Shown piece after piece: positions 12,539 through 22,602 of a stretch of DNA of 64,000 nt. Under the pieces are notes generated by a model. It worked only from the letters and a program-made list of their open reading frames with translations. It was not told where the DNA came from and searched no databases. Each line of letters begins with the position of its first letter. Positions within the stretch are counted from its first letter, which is position 1. The DNA is taken from assembly GCA_038062675.1 (NCBI GenBank), contig JBBTWP010000001.1:48920-112919 (forward strand). The letters run 5' to 3'. Source of the stretch: Patescibacteria group bacterium. GTDB taxonomy: Bacteria; Patescibacteriota; Minisyncoccia; Phycocordibacterales; UBA1550. Position numbers and translations under genes: made by a program.

Positions 12539-15232
12539 ATGTCCACTAACAACACATGGCATTCAAAAAGCTCAACTGATATTTTTCAGGAGCTTCACTC
12601 TGGAGAAGAAGGTTTATCCAAGCTTGAGGCTCTGCGACGCTTGAGCGAGCAGGGGTTGAATAAATTGCCAGACGCTAAAGTGGATGGCATTCTCGTTATT
12701 TTTTTGCGGCAGTTTGAAAGTCCTCTCATTTATATTTTAGTTGCGGCAAGTATTATTGTTTTTTTGATGGGAGAGGTAGTGGACGGAGGAATTATTTTGG
12801 CGGTGTTGCTTTTCAATGCCATTATGGGCACGATTCAGGAAGGGAAAGCGCAAAATACTTTGCGCGCACTTAAGCAGTTTATAGAAACCAAAGCAACTGT
12901 ACTTCGAGAAGGTAAAGAATTAATCGTTCCTGATACGGAGGTTGTGGTAGGGGATATTATTATTTTACGCGAGGGGGAAAAAATTTCTGCTGATGCGCGC
13001 GTAATCCTCGCTCACAATATGAAAATTGACGAAGCTGTGCTCTCGGGGGAATCAGAGCCGACACGAAAAGTTGCGGATACTCTTGAAAGTGTTGACACTT
13101 CGCTCCTCACGCAAAAAAACATGGTACTCAAAGGAACACATGTTGTCTTGGGAAACGGGAAAGCTGTGGTCGTGGCAACAGGGCTCGATACGGCTATGGG
13201 ACGAATCGCGACTGAAATAGCCGCAATCGATACTGAAATCCCTCTGAAGGCAAACATCCGCGCGCTTTCACGACTCGTCATTGTTGCCGTCGCTCTTATC
13301 AGTATCACACTTTTTTTAGTTGGTATTTCTTCGGGAAAATCAGCAAAAGAAATGTTTGCGACCGTAGTCTCCCTTTCCGTGTCCGTCATTCCTGAGGGGT
13401 TGCCAATTGTGATGACGCTGGTTTTGGCGACGGGAGTATGGCGGATGAGTAAGCGCAATGTTTTGGTAAAAAAACTGCATGCGGTGGAATCGCTCGGGCA
13501 AGCGCGCGTGATTGCGGTCGACAAGACAGGAACACTCACTAAAAATGAAATGGTGATTCAAAAAGCGTACGTCGATGGAAATTTTTTTGAAGTCGGGGGT
13601 ATTGGGTATGAACCTACGGGAGATATCCGCCTTCATGGTGCTGTGGTGGACCCCGTAAATCATCCTGAGTTATTATTTGTCGGGAAAATCGCAGCATTTT
13701 GTGCCAATGCCCGCGTTTCATTTTTTCCAGAACGCGAAGAATGGCATGTTGCCGGCGATCCGACGGAAGCCGCAATGCTTATATTTTCACAAAAATTGGG
13801 TTTTCATAAAGACAGTCTTGAGCGGGAGTCGCCACTTGTCGCTGACATACCTTTTGATTATAAACTCAAATACCATGCTGCGGTGCATCAGGTTGATGGT
13901 CAAAAATTGTTGACAGTGGTGGGTGCCGCAGAAGAAGTTCTTTCCTTGTCTACCAAGGTTTGGCGCGAAGGAAAGAGCCACCCTCTTTCTAAACAAGAAA
14001 AAGAAGAGTTTGAATCTATTTTTTTGACGATGTCGGGCGAAGGTCTTCGTGTGGTGGCGATTGCGGAGCGACGTGACGCGCCGGAGTCATTTATTCCAGA
14101 GAATATAAAAGACCTTACTTTTGTTGGATTTTTTGGCATGAAAGATGCACTTCGTACAGAAGTGTTGAATGCGATGGAGGAAGCGACTCTTGCGGGAATT
14201 CGCGTAGTGATGATTACGGGAGACCATAAGGTGACCGCACAGGCAATTGCGACTGAAGCGGGGATTTATCACGAAGGAGATTCAGTGCTGACGGGAGTTG
14301 AAATTGATACCTTTTCCGATAGTGATCTCTTGGAGAAACTTTCCTCAGTTTCAGTTTTCGCGCGCGTGAATCCTGAACACAAACTGCGTATTATTCAAGC
14401 ATATAAAGCACGGGGGGAAGTGGTAGCTATGACGGGCGACGGCGTGAACGACGCGCCGTCTTTAGTTGCAGCAGATCTCGGTGTAGCGATGGGGAAAATC
14501 GGGACCGAGGTGGCAAAAGAAGCGGCAGACATCATTCTTCTTGATGATAATTTTGGGAGTATTGTTGCAGCGGTTGAAGAGGGACGCAGTATTTACAAAA
14601 CTATCAAAAAAGTTATTTTATATCTTTTTGCGACGAGTGCAGGAGAAGTCCTTGCGATTGCGGGTGCACTCGTGCTTGGGTATCCGCTCCTCATCTTGCC
14701 CGCTCAAATCATTTGGCTCAACTTGGTGACCGATGGTTTTTTGGACGTTGCTCTTGCTATGGATCCAAAAGAAAAGGGATTGCTCCGAGGAAACTTTAGC
14801 CGTCCTTCAAAATATCTCGTTGACAAACTTATGGGTCAGAGAATGTTTCTTATGTCAGTCACAATGGCAATCGGAGCACTTTACTTGTTCAACGTCGGGA
14901 ACTTTGAAACCGACCTTGCAAAGGCGATGACGATATCGCTCACTGGTCTTGCTGTCTTTCAGTGGTTCAACGCGTGGAATTGTCGTTCGGAAAAACTCTC
15001 GATATTTCAAATGAACCCTTTCTCCAATATGTTTCTTGTAGGCGCGACGCTGGTCGTTATTTCTCTACAGCTTTTCGCGGTCTATAACCCTATGATGCAA
15101 AAACTTTTGCACACCGTTCCTCTCAGTTTTTCGGAGTGGTTGCTCATTATTCCTGTTGCGCTGTCGATCGTAGTGGTTGAGGAGGTTAGAAAGTTTTTTT
15201 ATCGCAGAGCAAAGCATGGCAAAGTAGAGTAG
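12539..15232 (+). CDS. cation-transporting P-type ATPase (type II, Ca2+/Mg2+-like)
   Basis: DKTGTLT phosphorylation site, TGDGVNDAPSL hinge, 10 TM segments. Confidence 0.9.
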   Translation: MSTNNTWHSKSSTDIFQELHSGEEGLSKLEALRRLSEQGLNKLPDAKVDGILVIFLRQFESPLIYILVAASIIVFLMGEVVDGGIILAVLLFNAIMGTIQEGKAQNTLRALKQFIETKATVLREGKELIVPDTEVVVGDIIILREGEKISADARVILAHNMKIDEAVLSGESEPTRKVADTLESVDTSLLTQKNMVLKGTHVVLGNGKAVVVATGLDTAMGRIATEIAAIDTEIPLKANIRALSRLVIVAVALISITLFLVGISSGKSAKEMFATVVSLSVSVIPEGLPIVMTLVLATGVWRMSKRNVLVKKLHAVESLGQARVIAVDKTGTLTKNEMVIQKAYVDGNFFEVGGIGYEPTGDIRLHGAVVDPVNHPELLFVGKIAAFCANARVSFFPEREEWHVAGDPTEAAMLIFSQKLGFHKDSLERESPLVADIPFDYKLKYHAAVHQVDGQKLLTVVGAAEEVLSLSTKVWREGKSHPLSKQEKEEFESIFLTMSGEGLRVVAIAERRDAPESFIPENIKDLTFVGFFGMKDALRTEVLNAMEEATLAGIRVVMITGDHKVTAQAIATEAGIYHEGDSVLTGVEIDTFSDSDLLEKLSSVSVFARVNPEHKLRIIQAYKARGEVVAMTGDGVNDAPSLVAADLGVAMGKIGTEVAKEAADIILLDDNFGSIVAAVEEGRSIYKTIKKVILYLFATSAGEVLAIAGALVLGYPLLILPAQIIWLNLVTDGFLDVALAMDPKEKGLLRGNFSRPSKYLVDKLMGQRMFLMSVTMAIGALYLFNVGNFETDLAKAMTISLTGLAVFQWFNAWNCRSEKLSIFQMNPFSNMFLVGATLVVISLQLFAVYNPMMQKLLHTVPLSFSEWLLIIPVALSIVVVEEVRKFFYRRAKHGKVE

Positions 15233-15326
15233 GGGTGTTCTCAAGCGCGCGTCCAACGGACTTACGCGACACGATTCCGCAGAATCGAAATTCGCAATTT
15301 ATTTAAAAATGTATATACTATAAGGC

Positions 15327-16364
15327 ATGACCCATCTAAAACCTGAATTTTATTTTTTACTCGTCGTACTCATTGCGACCTCTGTGCTCGCTTTTTTCAT
15401 CTTTCAACCATTTTTGTTTGCGTTGGTGCTGGCAGTTGTGTTTGCGGTTGTATTTAGACCCATCTATGAAAAAATTATGGCGCGAGCACACGTCAATTCT
15501 GGGGTTTCTGCACTCATTACGGTTCTTATTGTTGTTGTATTTATTTTTACTCCGCTCACGCTCATTGGGGTACAGGTGGTTCAGGAAGCGGGAGGGCTTT
15601 ATAGTTCTCTTGCAGAAAATGGTGGAGACGAAGGTCTTTCGGGTGCTCTCGACAAAGGTGTGAACAATTTAAAAACCGCTTTTCCTGTTATGCAGGGGCT
15701 TACCATCAACACTGATCAGTATGCAAAGCAGGGGCTCACGTGGGTTGTAGAGCACCTTGGCTCGATCTTCTCTGATTTTGCAAAGATCATGATGAGCCTC
15801 TTTATTTTCTTGGTGGCGTTGTACTATTTGCTTAAAGACGGCGAGAAGATTAAAAAATTTATTATTGAACTGAGCCCTTTGCGTGACCGAAGCGATGAAG
15901 CTATTTTTAAAAAACTCGAAGGTGCTGCGAATTCCATCGTGAAAGGAAATTTGCTCGTCGCACTGACGCAGGGTATGTTGACTGCGCTTGGATTTTGGAT
16001 TTTTGGTGTTCCGAATGCTGCGCTGTGGGGAAGTGTTGCGGTGATTACGGCAATCATTCCGGGAATTGGAACTGCGCTTGTTCTCACTCCGGCAATCGCT
16101 TTTTTGTTTCTTTCGGGGGCGACGGCTTCGGGCTTCGGGCTTCTTGCGTGGGGGGTGGGAGCGGTGGGCCTTGTAGATAATTTCCTCGGACCAAAACTCG
16201 TAGGTCGTGGCATGCAGCTTCATCCGCTTATCATTCTTCTCTCTGTGCTTGGTGGTATTGCGTTCTTTGGCCCCGTGGGGATTCTTATGGGGCCACTTAC
16301 GGTCAGCTTCCTTTTTGCACTCCTCGAAGTTTATTTTTCGCTCTCAAAAGAGCGACAAGGGTAG
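15327..16364 (+). CDS. AI-2E family transporter (PerM/UPF0118)
   Basis: 8-TM pattern with a conserved central loop (LLKDGEKIKKFI...KGNLLVALTQG). Confidence 0.8.
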   Translation: MTHLKPEFYFLLVVLIATSVLAFFIFQPFLFALVLAVVFAVVFRPIYEKIMARAHVNSGVSALITVLIVVVFIFTPLTLIGVQVVQEAGGLYSSLAENGGDEGLSGALDKGVNNLKTAFPVMQGLTINTDQYAKQGLTWVVEHLGSIFSDFAKIMMSLFIFLVALYYLLKDGEKIKKFIIELSPLRDRSDEAIFKKLEGAANSIVKGNLLVALTQGMLTALGFWIFGVPNAALWGSVAVITAIIPGIGTALVLTPAIAFLFLSGATASGFGLLAWGVGAVGLVDNFLGPKLVGRGMQLHPLIILLSVLGGIAFFGPVGILMGPLTVSFLFALLEVYFSLSKERQG

Positions 16365-16430
16365 GCAAGTGTGGGTGCGGTTATGCACGTATTTGCTCAA
16401 CTATCTATTTTTTGCTAGACTCAACCTATT

Positions 16431-16655
16431 ATGTTTAAAGAATTTTTAATGAAGAAGATGATCAAGAGTCAGCTTAAGGGAGTCCCCGATTCCGAGGTTG
16501 ATCGCATTATTGAGCTTGTTTCAAAAAATCCCGAATTGTTCAAGAAAATCGGCGACGAGATTCAAACAAAGATCAAAGGTGGTCGTTCTCAGCAGGCGGC
16601 AACCATGGAAGTTATGCGCACCTACCAAGCAGAGCTTCAGAAGGTTCTCAAATAA
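16431..16655 (+). CDS. hypothetical small protein
   Basis: 74-aa ORF directly upstream of ychF; no motif. Confidence 0.35.
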   Translation: MFKEFLMKKMIKSQLKGVPDSEVDRIIELVSKNPELFKKIGDEIQTKIKGGRSQQAATMEVMRTYQAELQKVLK

Positions 16656-16657
16656 TT

Positions 16658-17755
16658 ATGGCACTTGCAATCGGTATCGTGGGGCTCCCTAATGTGGGTA
16701 AGTCGACTCTATTTAACGCCCTCACGAAAAAATCTGTCCCGGCGGAGAACTATCCGTTTTGTACTATCGACCCATCGGTAGGTGTCGTTGCAGTGCCCGA
16801 CGAGCGTCTCTATAAACTTGCAGAATTTTCAAAAACAAAAAAAACAATTCCCGCTGCCGTTGAGTTTGTGGACATTGCCGGTTTGGTGAAGGGAGCAAGT
16901 GAGGGTGAAGGTCTGGGCAATCAATTTCTCTCACACATTCGCGAAACAGATGCCATTGCAGAAGTAGTGCGTATCTTTGAAGATGACAACGTGATTCATG
17001 TGCATGGAAAGATAGACCCCGTGTCGGATATTGAGACGATCAACCTCGAACTCATTCTTGCCGACGACCAGACGGTCACCAAACGCCTTGCAAATATTGA
17101 GAAAGACGTGAAGCGTGGGGCGAAAGAAGCAATCAAAGAAAAAGAAGTGCTCACGAAAATTTCTGGAGCACTTAAGAGTGGGAATCTTGCACGCTCCGTT
17201 CCAATGACCGATGAAGAGACTCCGCTCGTGCGCACACTCCACCTCCTCACTATGAAGCCGATTTTGTATGTTTTGAACAAGAAAGCGGGTGGAAAAAACT
17301 TGGATGAAATGGGGGACGAGCGCTACGTAAAGCTCCTCGAGTATATTAAAAGCTTGAATGCACACTACGTGATTGTGGATGCTGGGGTGGAGCACGACCT
17401 TTCGCAACTCGAAGGTGAGGAAAAAGAAATGTTCCGTACAGAACTTGGCGCAAAAGACGATGGCGTGAATGAGCTCATCAAAAAAAGTTATGAGATGCTC
17501 GGACTTGAGGTGTACTTTACCACAGGTGAAGTTGAAACACGTGCGTGGACGATTAAAAAGGGAAGCACTGCACCGGTCGCAGGTATGGCGATTCACACCG
17601 ACTTTAAGGACAAATTCATTCGCGCAGAAGTAGTGTTTTGGAAAGATCTACTCGACGCCGGCTCGTATCCTGCCGCTCGCGAAAAAGGCCAAGTGCGCAT
17701 TGAGGGCAAAGAATACATTGTAAAAGACGGCGATGTGATTGAGTTTCGAGTGTAA
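16658..17755 (+). CDS. ychF: ribosome-binding ATPase YchF
   Basis: GIVGLPNVGKSTLFNALT G1 motif; TGS-like C-terminus. Confidence 0.95.
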   Translation: MALAIGIVGLPNVGKSTLFNALTKKSVPAENYPFCTIDPSVGVVAVPDERLYKLAEFSKTKKTIPAAVEFVDIAGLVKGASEGEGLGNQFLSHIRETDAIAEVVRIFEDDNVIHVHGKIDPVSDIETINLELILADDQTVTKRLANIEKDVKRGAKEAIKEKEVLTKISGALKSGNLARSVPMTDEETPLVRTLHLLTMKPILYVLNKKAGGKNLDEMGDERYVKLLEYIKSLNAHYVIVDAGVEHDLSQLEGEEKEMFRTELGAKDDGVNELIKKSYEMLGLEVYFTTGEVETRAWTIKKGSTAPVAGMAIHTDFKDKFIRAEVVFWKDLLDAGSYPAAREKGQVRIEGKEYIVKDGDVIEFRV

Positions 17756-17762
17756 AAAAACA

Positions 17763-17803
17763 CCCCCAAGACTTAGAGCAAGGGGGCGACCTGTTTTTGT
17801 TTA
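17763..17803 (+). terminator. weak intrinsic terminator
   Basis: ccccc...ggggg stem with a 14-nt loop, followed by tgtttttgttt. Confidence 0.35.
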
Positions 17804-17894
17804 GGTGGTAAGACGAGGTATCCCAGGACACCTCCCACTTGCAAGTCCTCAAGGCTGACTCTGCTTAAAAGTATACATATTTATAATTTTTTGT

Positions 17895-17927
17895 CAAGCA
17901 CCTTGAAGATGGCGATGTGATTGAGCT
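17895..17927 (+). repeat. degenerate in-frame copy of the ychF 3' end (33 bp)
   Basis: gaagatggcgatgtgattgagctttgtgtctag versus ychF 17723-17755 aaagacggcgatgtgattgagtttcgagtgtaa; 15-nt exact core, stop codon conserved. Confidence 0.7.
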
Positions 17928-17955
17928 TTGTGTCTAGGGGTGGTATAATTTTCGT

Positions 17956-19464
17956 ATGAAAATAAGACCCCTCTATCTTTTGTTTGCCATTTTTTTTGGG
18001 ATTCTCTCTTTTAGTTTGTTTTTGAGTGGTTCACTAGGTTATCCTGTTTCTAACCCTTTACTTGCAACGCTCCCAGTTACTTTTTATTCGGTTGTGATGG
18101 CTTCCACTCTTTTTTTTATTGCGCTTTCCCAATCCTACTTAACTTCCTTCTTTATTGCATTTTTTTACTTTTTATATGCATTTCATGGTTTGAAAGAAAA
18201 TGCATTCATCAAATCTACTTTATGGGCTCCTGTCATTCTGATTATGCTTGTATTTTGGGTGAGGTCAAATTCATATGGGTTTGAAGCAATTTTGTTTTTT
18301 GTTATTTTTTATGTAATTTTTCTTTTTTGTTTTGTCGTTGGGGTCATCCAGAGCCTTGTTGCTCGTTTTCGTCGCAAGCCCACTCTTGCGGCAATAGGGA
18401 ACAACTATTCACCGTCAGCGTTCCCCAGCACGTCCTTCGATGTTCGTTCAGGTTTGCCCTTAAATCAACAATACACGCCAACGAGCGTAGGACAAAGTGC
18501 TGGGTTCAAAAGCCCACCTTCGGGAAGTGAGCAATCAGTAAGTAGGTATCGTAGTACGCGTCGTACATTACTATTTGTGTGTATTGTCATTGTTATTTTT
18601 CTTGTTAGTTGGGGAGTTTTTAAACTTTTTGTTGACAAGAATGCTTTTCAAATTGAGAATATTCCACAAAGCAGTGTACTAAGTGGGGGTGAGTCGGTTC
18701 CAAAAGAAGAGGTAAGAAATACTGATGGAGTTTTGCAAAGCAGTATGTTAAAAGAACCCAAAGCAGATAGTAGAGAGCGCCAAATGATGGACTACATAAA
18801 AAAGTCACGAGGGGGCGGGGACAACATTTCAATTATTTCAGCGGCAAGGGATGTTCCAGTAGACTCAAATACTTTATTTTTTTCATTCAAATTTAAAAAT
18901 TTTAAGCAAAATTTGACCCTAGATGTATATGTGGATAAGGAGAAATTATATCACGCAGATGCAAAACAAGTTGGGGCAGAAAAGTGGATCCAATTCAACA
19001 CGATAGGCGTCGCGCCGTATCAAGGGAAAAATGTCATCTTGTCTTTTGTCATTGAGGGGGATAAAGGTTCTGGTTTGCAGATAGACGATTTAATTTTTGC
19101 ACAAGTTGAACCGATCGAGTCGGCAACCAAACTAGTTTCTGATGCCACTTTCGTTATAAGCAATCCTAAAAAAGATCAGGTGGTAAATAGCCCGTTAGTC
19201 GTTGAGGGAAAGGCTGATGCAAAACTATTTCCCGAAGGGTGGTTTCGTGTTAGGTTGACAGACGTCAACTACAGGAATATCGCCAGTGCAAATGCCACTG
19301 CCTCTGTCTATCCATTGGTAGCGGACAAAGACGGGAACATGCCTTTCTATACGAGGCTGGTATTTGATGCGAAAAGCGTTTCTACGGATAGTGGATTTCT
19401 TTTCCTCGACAGTAATGGAAGTGAAAATTTACCAGGCCTGCGCATTCCCGTGAGGTTTAGGTAG
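17956..19464 (+). CDS. membrane protein with C-terminal Gmad2 (GerM-like Ig) domain
   Basis: Five or six N-terminal TM helices; C-terminal VISNPKKDQVVNSPLVVEGKADAKLFPEGWFRVRLTD resembles the Gmad2 fold motif; extended -10 TGGTATAAT upstream. Confidence 0.5.
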   Translation: MKIRPLYLLFAIFFGILSFSLFLSGSLGYPVSNPLLATLPVTFYSVVMASTLFFIALSQSYLTSFFIAFFYFLYAFHGLKENAFIKSTLWAPVILIMLVFWVRSNSYGFEAILFFVIFYVIFLFCFVVGVIQSLVARFRRKPTLAAIGNNYSPSAFPSTSFDVRSGLPLNQQYTPTSVGQSAGFKSPPSGSEQSVSRYRSTRRTLLFVCIVIVIFLVSWGVFKLFVDKNAFQIENIPQSSVLSGGESVPKEEVRNTDGVLQSSMLKEPKADSRERQMMDYIKKSRGGGDNISIISAARDVPVDSNTLFFSFKFKNFKQNLTLDVYVDKEKLYHADAKQVGAEKWIQFNTIGVAPYQGKNVILSFVIEGDKGSGLQIDDLIFAQVEPIESATKLVSDATFVISNPKKDQVVNSPLVVEGKADAKLFPEGWFRVRLTDVNYRNIASANATASVYPLVADKDGNMPFYTRLVFDAKSVSTDSGFLFLDSNGSENLPGLRIPVRFR

Positions 19465-19512
19465 GGACGAGTGAGGGCAACTTAGGCAAGAATACGGTAG
19501 TAATTTTTTACA

Positions 19513-20952
19513 ATGACCATAAATGAAATAGCTCAGCGTCACTATCTTTTAAAAAAAATGAGGAATTTCGTTATTCTCGCCACCATTTTGGCTTCAATGG
19601 GTTTATTTACTTACTACCAATTTTTTTATCATTTAATTTATACTGATCCTCAAAATAAGAATTGTCGTATCGACATTTACCCAAGTTATCATTATGAACA
19701 AGCTGACGTTGCGAGTACCATAGATACAATAAAGGTATATTCACCCGAATATTTTCAAAAAATTTGTCGCTATACGAAGGAGATTAAATATAACGAGTGT
19801 AAAGGTAATCCTCATGTGTGGGGTACTCGTGTAGGGGGTTGTGTCGGTACGTTTGACCAGATATGGCTTACGGATGTCCAAGTAAGTCCAACCATATTGG
19901 TGCACGAGACTTGTCATTTGCATCAAAATTATACATTTACCAAAGAGTTCAGTAAGGGTGATAGGGCAAAAATAGAAGCCGAGTGTTATAGTGAGCAAAA
20001 TAAATTTTTGGACATTATGACAAAAGATATGTCCGCTTCGTCAACCTCGGGCACCGTAATACCTGTCAAAAGTAGCACACCTTTTGATTCAAGAATCGAT
20101 TACATTACTGGAGACGTTCCTGTTGGTGTCGCCTTCGATAATATAACAAACTCAGTGTGGGTATCAAACTGGCGATCTGGAACGGTTAGTAAAATTAATA
20201 ATATTACTGGCGGGAAAGTTGACTACCCTGTTGGTGTTTTGCCGTATGGCGTTACTTTTGATAGTGTAACTAAATCAGTGTGGGTTGCAAGTTGGAGTTC
20301 GGAAGTAGTAAGTAAGGTGGATATTTTTACGGGAACTAAAACTGATTACCCTCTTAAAAGTAGGCCTTTTGGCGTTACTTTTGATTCAGTTACCAATTCT
20401 GTTTGGATTGCAGAATATTACGGCGATATTATTAAAATGAATATTTTTACTGGTTTAAAAGATAGTTATAACACTGAAGAAAGATTTATTAGTTTTCTTT
20501 CTGCGGCATTTGATCCAGTTACTAATTCTATTTGGATAACGAACCAGCATTCTAATTTCGTAATTAAGGTAAATGTATTTACAGGCACCAGAATTAGTTA
20601 TCCCGTCGGGGATGGTCCGTCTGGCTTGGCTTTTGATGGTATAACTAATTCAATATGGGTTGCTAATGCTGGTTCAAATACGGTGAGCAAAATAAATATT
20701 CACACAGGGGCAAGATCTGATTATGCAACCAATTTGAGCCCCGATTCAGTTGCTTTTGACCAAAAAACTAACTCAGTGTGGGTAACAAATAGAGATTCCG
20801 ATAATATCAGTAAGATTAATGTTCGTACTGGAGCTAAGATGGACTATTTTGCTGGAGATCGTCCTAGGGGTGTCGTTTTTGACCCAGTCACTAATTCTGT
20901 TTGGGTTGCGAACTCCGGCTCAAATACTATCAGTAAGATTAAAGTTCAGTAA
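19513..20952 (+). CDS. YVTN-type beta-propeller repeat protein with N-terminal HExxH domain
   Basis: N-terminal TM helix; HETCH motif at about aa 137; about 9 tandem ~42-aa repeats (..TNSVWVAN.GSNTVSKI..). Confidence 0.65.
   Translation: MTINEIAQRHYLLKKMRNFVILATILASMGLFTYYQFFYHLIYTDPQNKNCRIDIYPSYHYEQADVASTIDTIKVYSPEYFQKICRYTKEIKYNECKGNPHVWGTRVGGCVGTFDQIWLTDVQVSPTILVHETCHLHQNYTFTKEFSKGDRAKIEAECYSEQNKFLDIMTKDMSASSTSGTVIPVKSSTPFDSRIDYITGDVPVGVAFDNITNSVWVSNWRSGTVSKINNITGGKVDYPVGVLPYGVTFDSVTKSVWVASWSSEVVSKVDIFTGTKTDYPLKSRPFGVTFDSVTNSVWIAEYYGDIIKMNIFTGLKDSYNTEERFISFLSAAFDPVTNSIWITNQHSNFVIKVNVFTGTRISYPVGDGPSGLAFDGITNSIWVANAGSNTVSKINIHTGARSDYATNLSPDSVAFDQKTNSVWVTNRDSDNISKINVRTGAKMDYFAGDRPRGVVFDPVTNSVWVANSGSNTISKIKVQ
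20090..20945 (+). repeat. tandem ~126-bp coding repeats (YVTN blades)
   Basis: Recurring gtgtgggt..aa...gg..aa unit visible at DNA level inside the CDS. Confidence 0.6.
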
Positions 20953-20989
20953 GTACACAGCTTGCTTCATGGTGTTGCCTTTAAATAAA

Positions 20990-21016
20990 AACGCGAGATG
21001 GGTGACATCTCGCGTT
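20990..21016. terminator. bidirectional terminator between convergent genes
   Basis: aacgcgagatg-ggtga-catctcgcgtt, flanked by an A-tract upstream and a T/A run downstream. Confidence 0.7.
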
Positions 21017-21024
21017 AAATCGTG

Positions 21025-21207
21025 CTAAAAATTAATAAGTGTGTAGTTACACTCTTCAGTGTTGGTGCCTTTTGCTCTGCCACACATAGGACAATGGTTT
21101 TCATCAATCGGACGGGTGAAGTTTTTTATCTCTCCCGTAAAATCCTTGGTGGGGCATTCAAATTTATAGTTGTAATAGCGTCTGGGGGTTACATCAGTTT
21201 CGCTCAT
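21025..21207 (-). CDS. small zinc-ribbon-like protein
   Basis: 60 aa with a CPTK...CPMCG...C cysteine pattern. Confidence 0.4.
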   Translation of the reverse strand: MSETDVTPRRYYNYKFECPTKDFTGEIKNFTRPIDENHCPMCGRAKGTNTEECNYTLINF

Positions 21208-21314
21208 AACATTTCATCCCGTTGAGTTGTGTCTGTTCACAACAGTATCATTAAATATGCGGTAAGCATAGTCTGTCTGAGTCAGTGCACATGTGTTATC
21301 ATTTGTATATCAAT

Positions 21315-21815
21315 ATGGACACAACCTCAAGGAAATATTCGTATCTCGTGGCAGCAATCATTCTTGTGTGGTTGACGTCTCTCGCGGTTTCGCAGCCGTG
21401 GGTGCGTTTTGTTGATGACACGAACCTCATCTTCCATGAGGCGGGGCATGCTATCTTTGGATTTTTTGGAGAAATTGTTGCGCTTCTTGCGGGGTCAGTG
21501 TTTCAGGTTCTACTCCCACTCTCCATTGCCGTCGCTTTTTCTTTGAAGCGAGATTGGTTGGGAGCATTGGTGATGCTCTGGTGGGTGGGCGAGAATATGA
21601 TTGGTGTTGGGCGCTATGTTGCTGACGCGAGCAAGCAGGCGCTTCCGCTTTTGGGTGGCGAGCACGACTGGGCGCTTTTGTTTGCACATGCACCAAATCT
21701 TTTCCCTTACGACACGATGATCGGTGGGGCGGTGCGGAACATTGGTATCGTAATAATGTGCACCTCGGTTCTATTGCTCGTGTTTCTATTTGCGTGGGCA
21801 AAAAATATGGTATAG
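21315..21815 (+). CDS. small membrane protein with HExxH (HEAGH) and LLGGE motifs, putative intramembrane metalloprotease-like
   Basis: IFHEAGHAIFGF lies within the first hydrophobic helix; a later LPLLGGEHDW recalls the M50/S2P LDGG motif; start ambiguous (21285, 21291 or 21315). Confidence 0.4.
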   Translation: MDTTSRKYSYLVAAIILVWLTSLAVSQPWVRFVDDTNLIFHEAGHAIFGFFGEIVALLAGSVFQVLLPLSIAVAFSLKRDWLGALVMLWWVGENMIGVGRYVADASKQALPLLGGEHDWALLFAHAPNLFPYDTMIGGAVRNIGIVIMCTSVLLLVFLFAWAKNMV

Positions 21816-21865
21816 TACGCTGAGTTTGGCAGTGATCTTTTTCATTCACGTAGAGCGAGGTGTTT

Positions 21866-22504
21866 ATGATTGAATTGGAATTATTGGTTGTTGACGGCGA
21901 GGCTGGGTCGTCGCGGGTGATTTTTCAGAAAGCGAAATATTATCCGCGATCTTTTAATCCAGGGTTGGAATCCGCGCTTACAAAAGCATTTAGGTCTTTC
22001 TTGCGGGAAGGTGTTTCGCGGATGGAGCTCAAAACCACACTTGTCCCAGAAGCTCATAGTTTAGATCATTTGGTTACGATTTCCGACGAGACGCTCGCTT
22101 GGATAGGTAGTGACGCACGTTCCTTTGATGGCCTCAAACAACTGAATGGGGTGTACGTCGAGTTTCTTGAATCGTTGTCCCCAGTTATAAGCCTGCTTTC
22201 GTGGCACTTTGCGTCAAACAAAGAGCGATTTCATCCGGGGAGTTTGCGTGCTTTGCGTGCTGTGTCCCGTGTATGTATTTTGTGCAAAGACACACAAGTT
22301 CGCAATAGAAATGCGCAAGAACTCCACAAGCCCTCGGGTGAAGAGTCGGGGTGGCCTCTAGGGTGTCTGAATCCTAATTGTCTTTCGCATAAGATTGAGG
22401 AAGAAATTGATCCCGACTATCAAATCCCAGTGGAGGAGGATACTGCGTCTGATCTCTCATCCCTGGGGCTCGCTATTCGGAAGGCAGCAACAAGGGTAAG
22501 ATAG
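21866..22504 (+). CDS. hypothetical protein
   Basis: RBS GAGG 6 nt before the ATG; no motif; followed by a strong terminator. Confidence 0.45.
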   Translation: MIELELLVVDGEAGSSRVIFQKAKYYPRSFNPGLESALTKAFRSFLREGVSRMELKTTLVPEAHSLDHLVTISDETLAWIGSDARSFDGLKQLNGVYVEFLESLSPVISLLSWHFASNKERFHPGSLRALRAVSRVCILCKDTQVRNRNAQELHKPSGEESGWPLGCLNPNCLSHKIEEEIDPDYQIPVEEDTASDLSSLGLAIRKAATRVR

Positions 22505-22524
22505 TTTTTGTGTGGATGTTCTGG

Positions 22525-22557
22525 GACCGACCGTTGTTATAACGGTCGGTCTTTTTC
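22525..22557 (+). terminator. rho-independent terminator
   Basis: gaccgaccgtt-gttat-aacggtcggtc perfect stem plus T5. Confidence 0.85.
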
Positions 22558-22602
22558 TTGAAACGGTATTCTTTTAAGGTCTTTTAGGGTATACTATGGG
22601 GT

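Noticed and set aside
17805-17870. Small structured RNA (SRP RNA, 6S or tmRNA fragment) in the ychF downstream spacer
   Set aside because: No conserved SRP domain-IV, 6S or tmRNA motifs could be recognised. Only weak local palindromes are present, so it is left as an unexplained spacer within the ychF-tail duplication.
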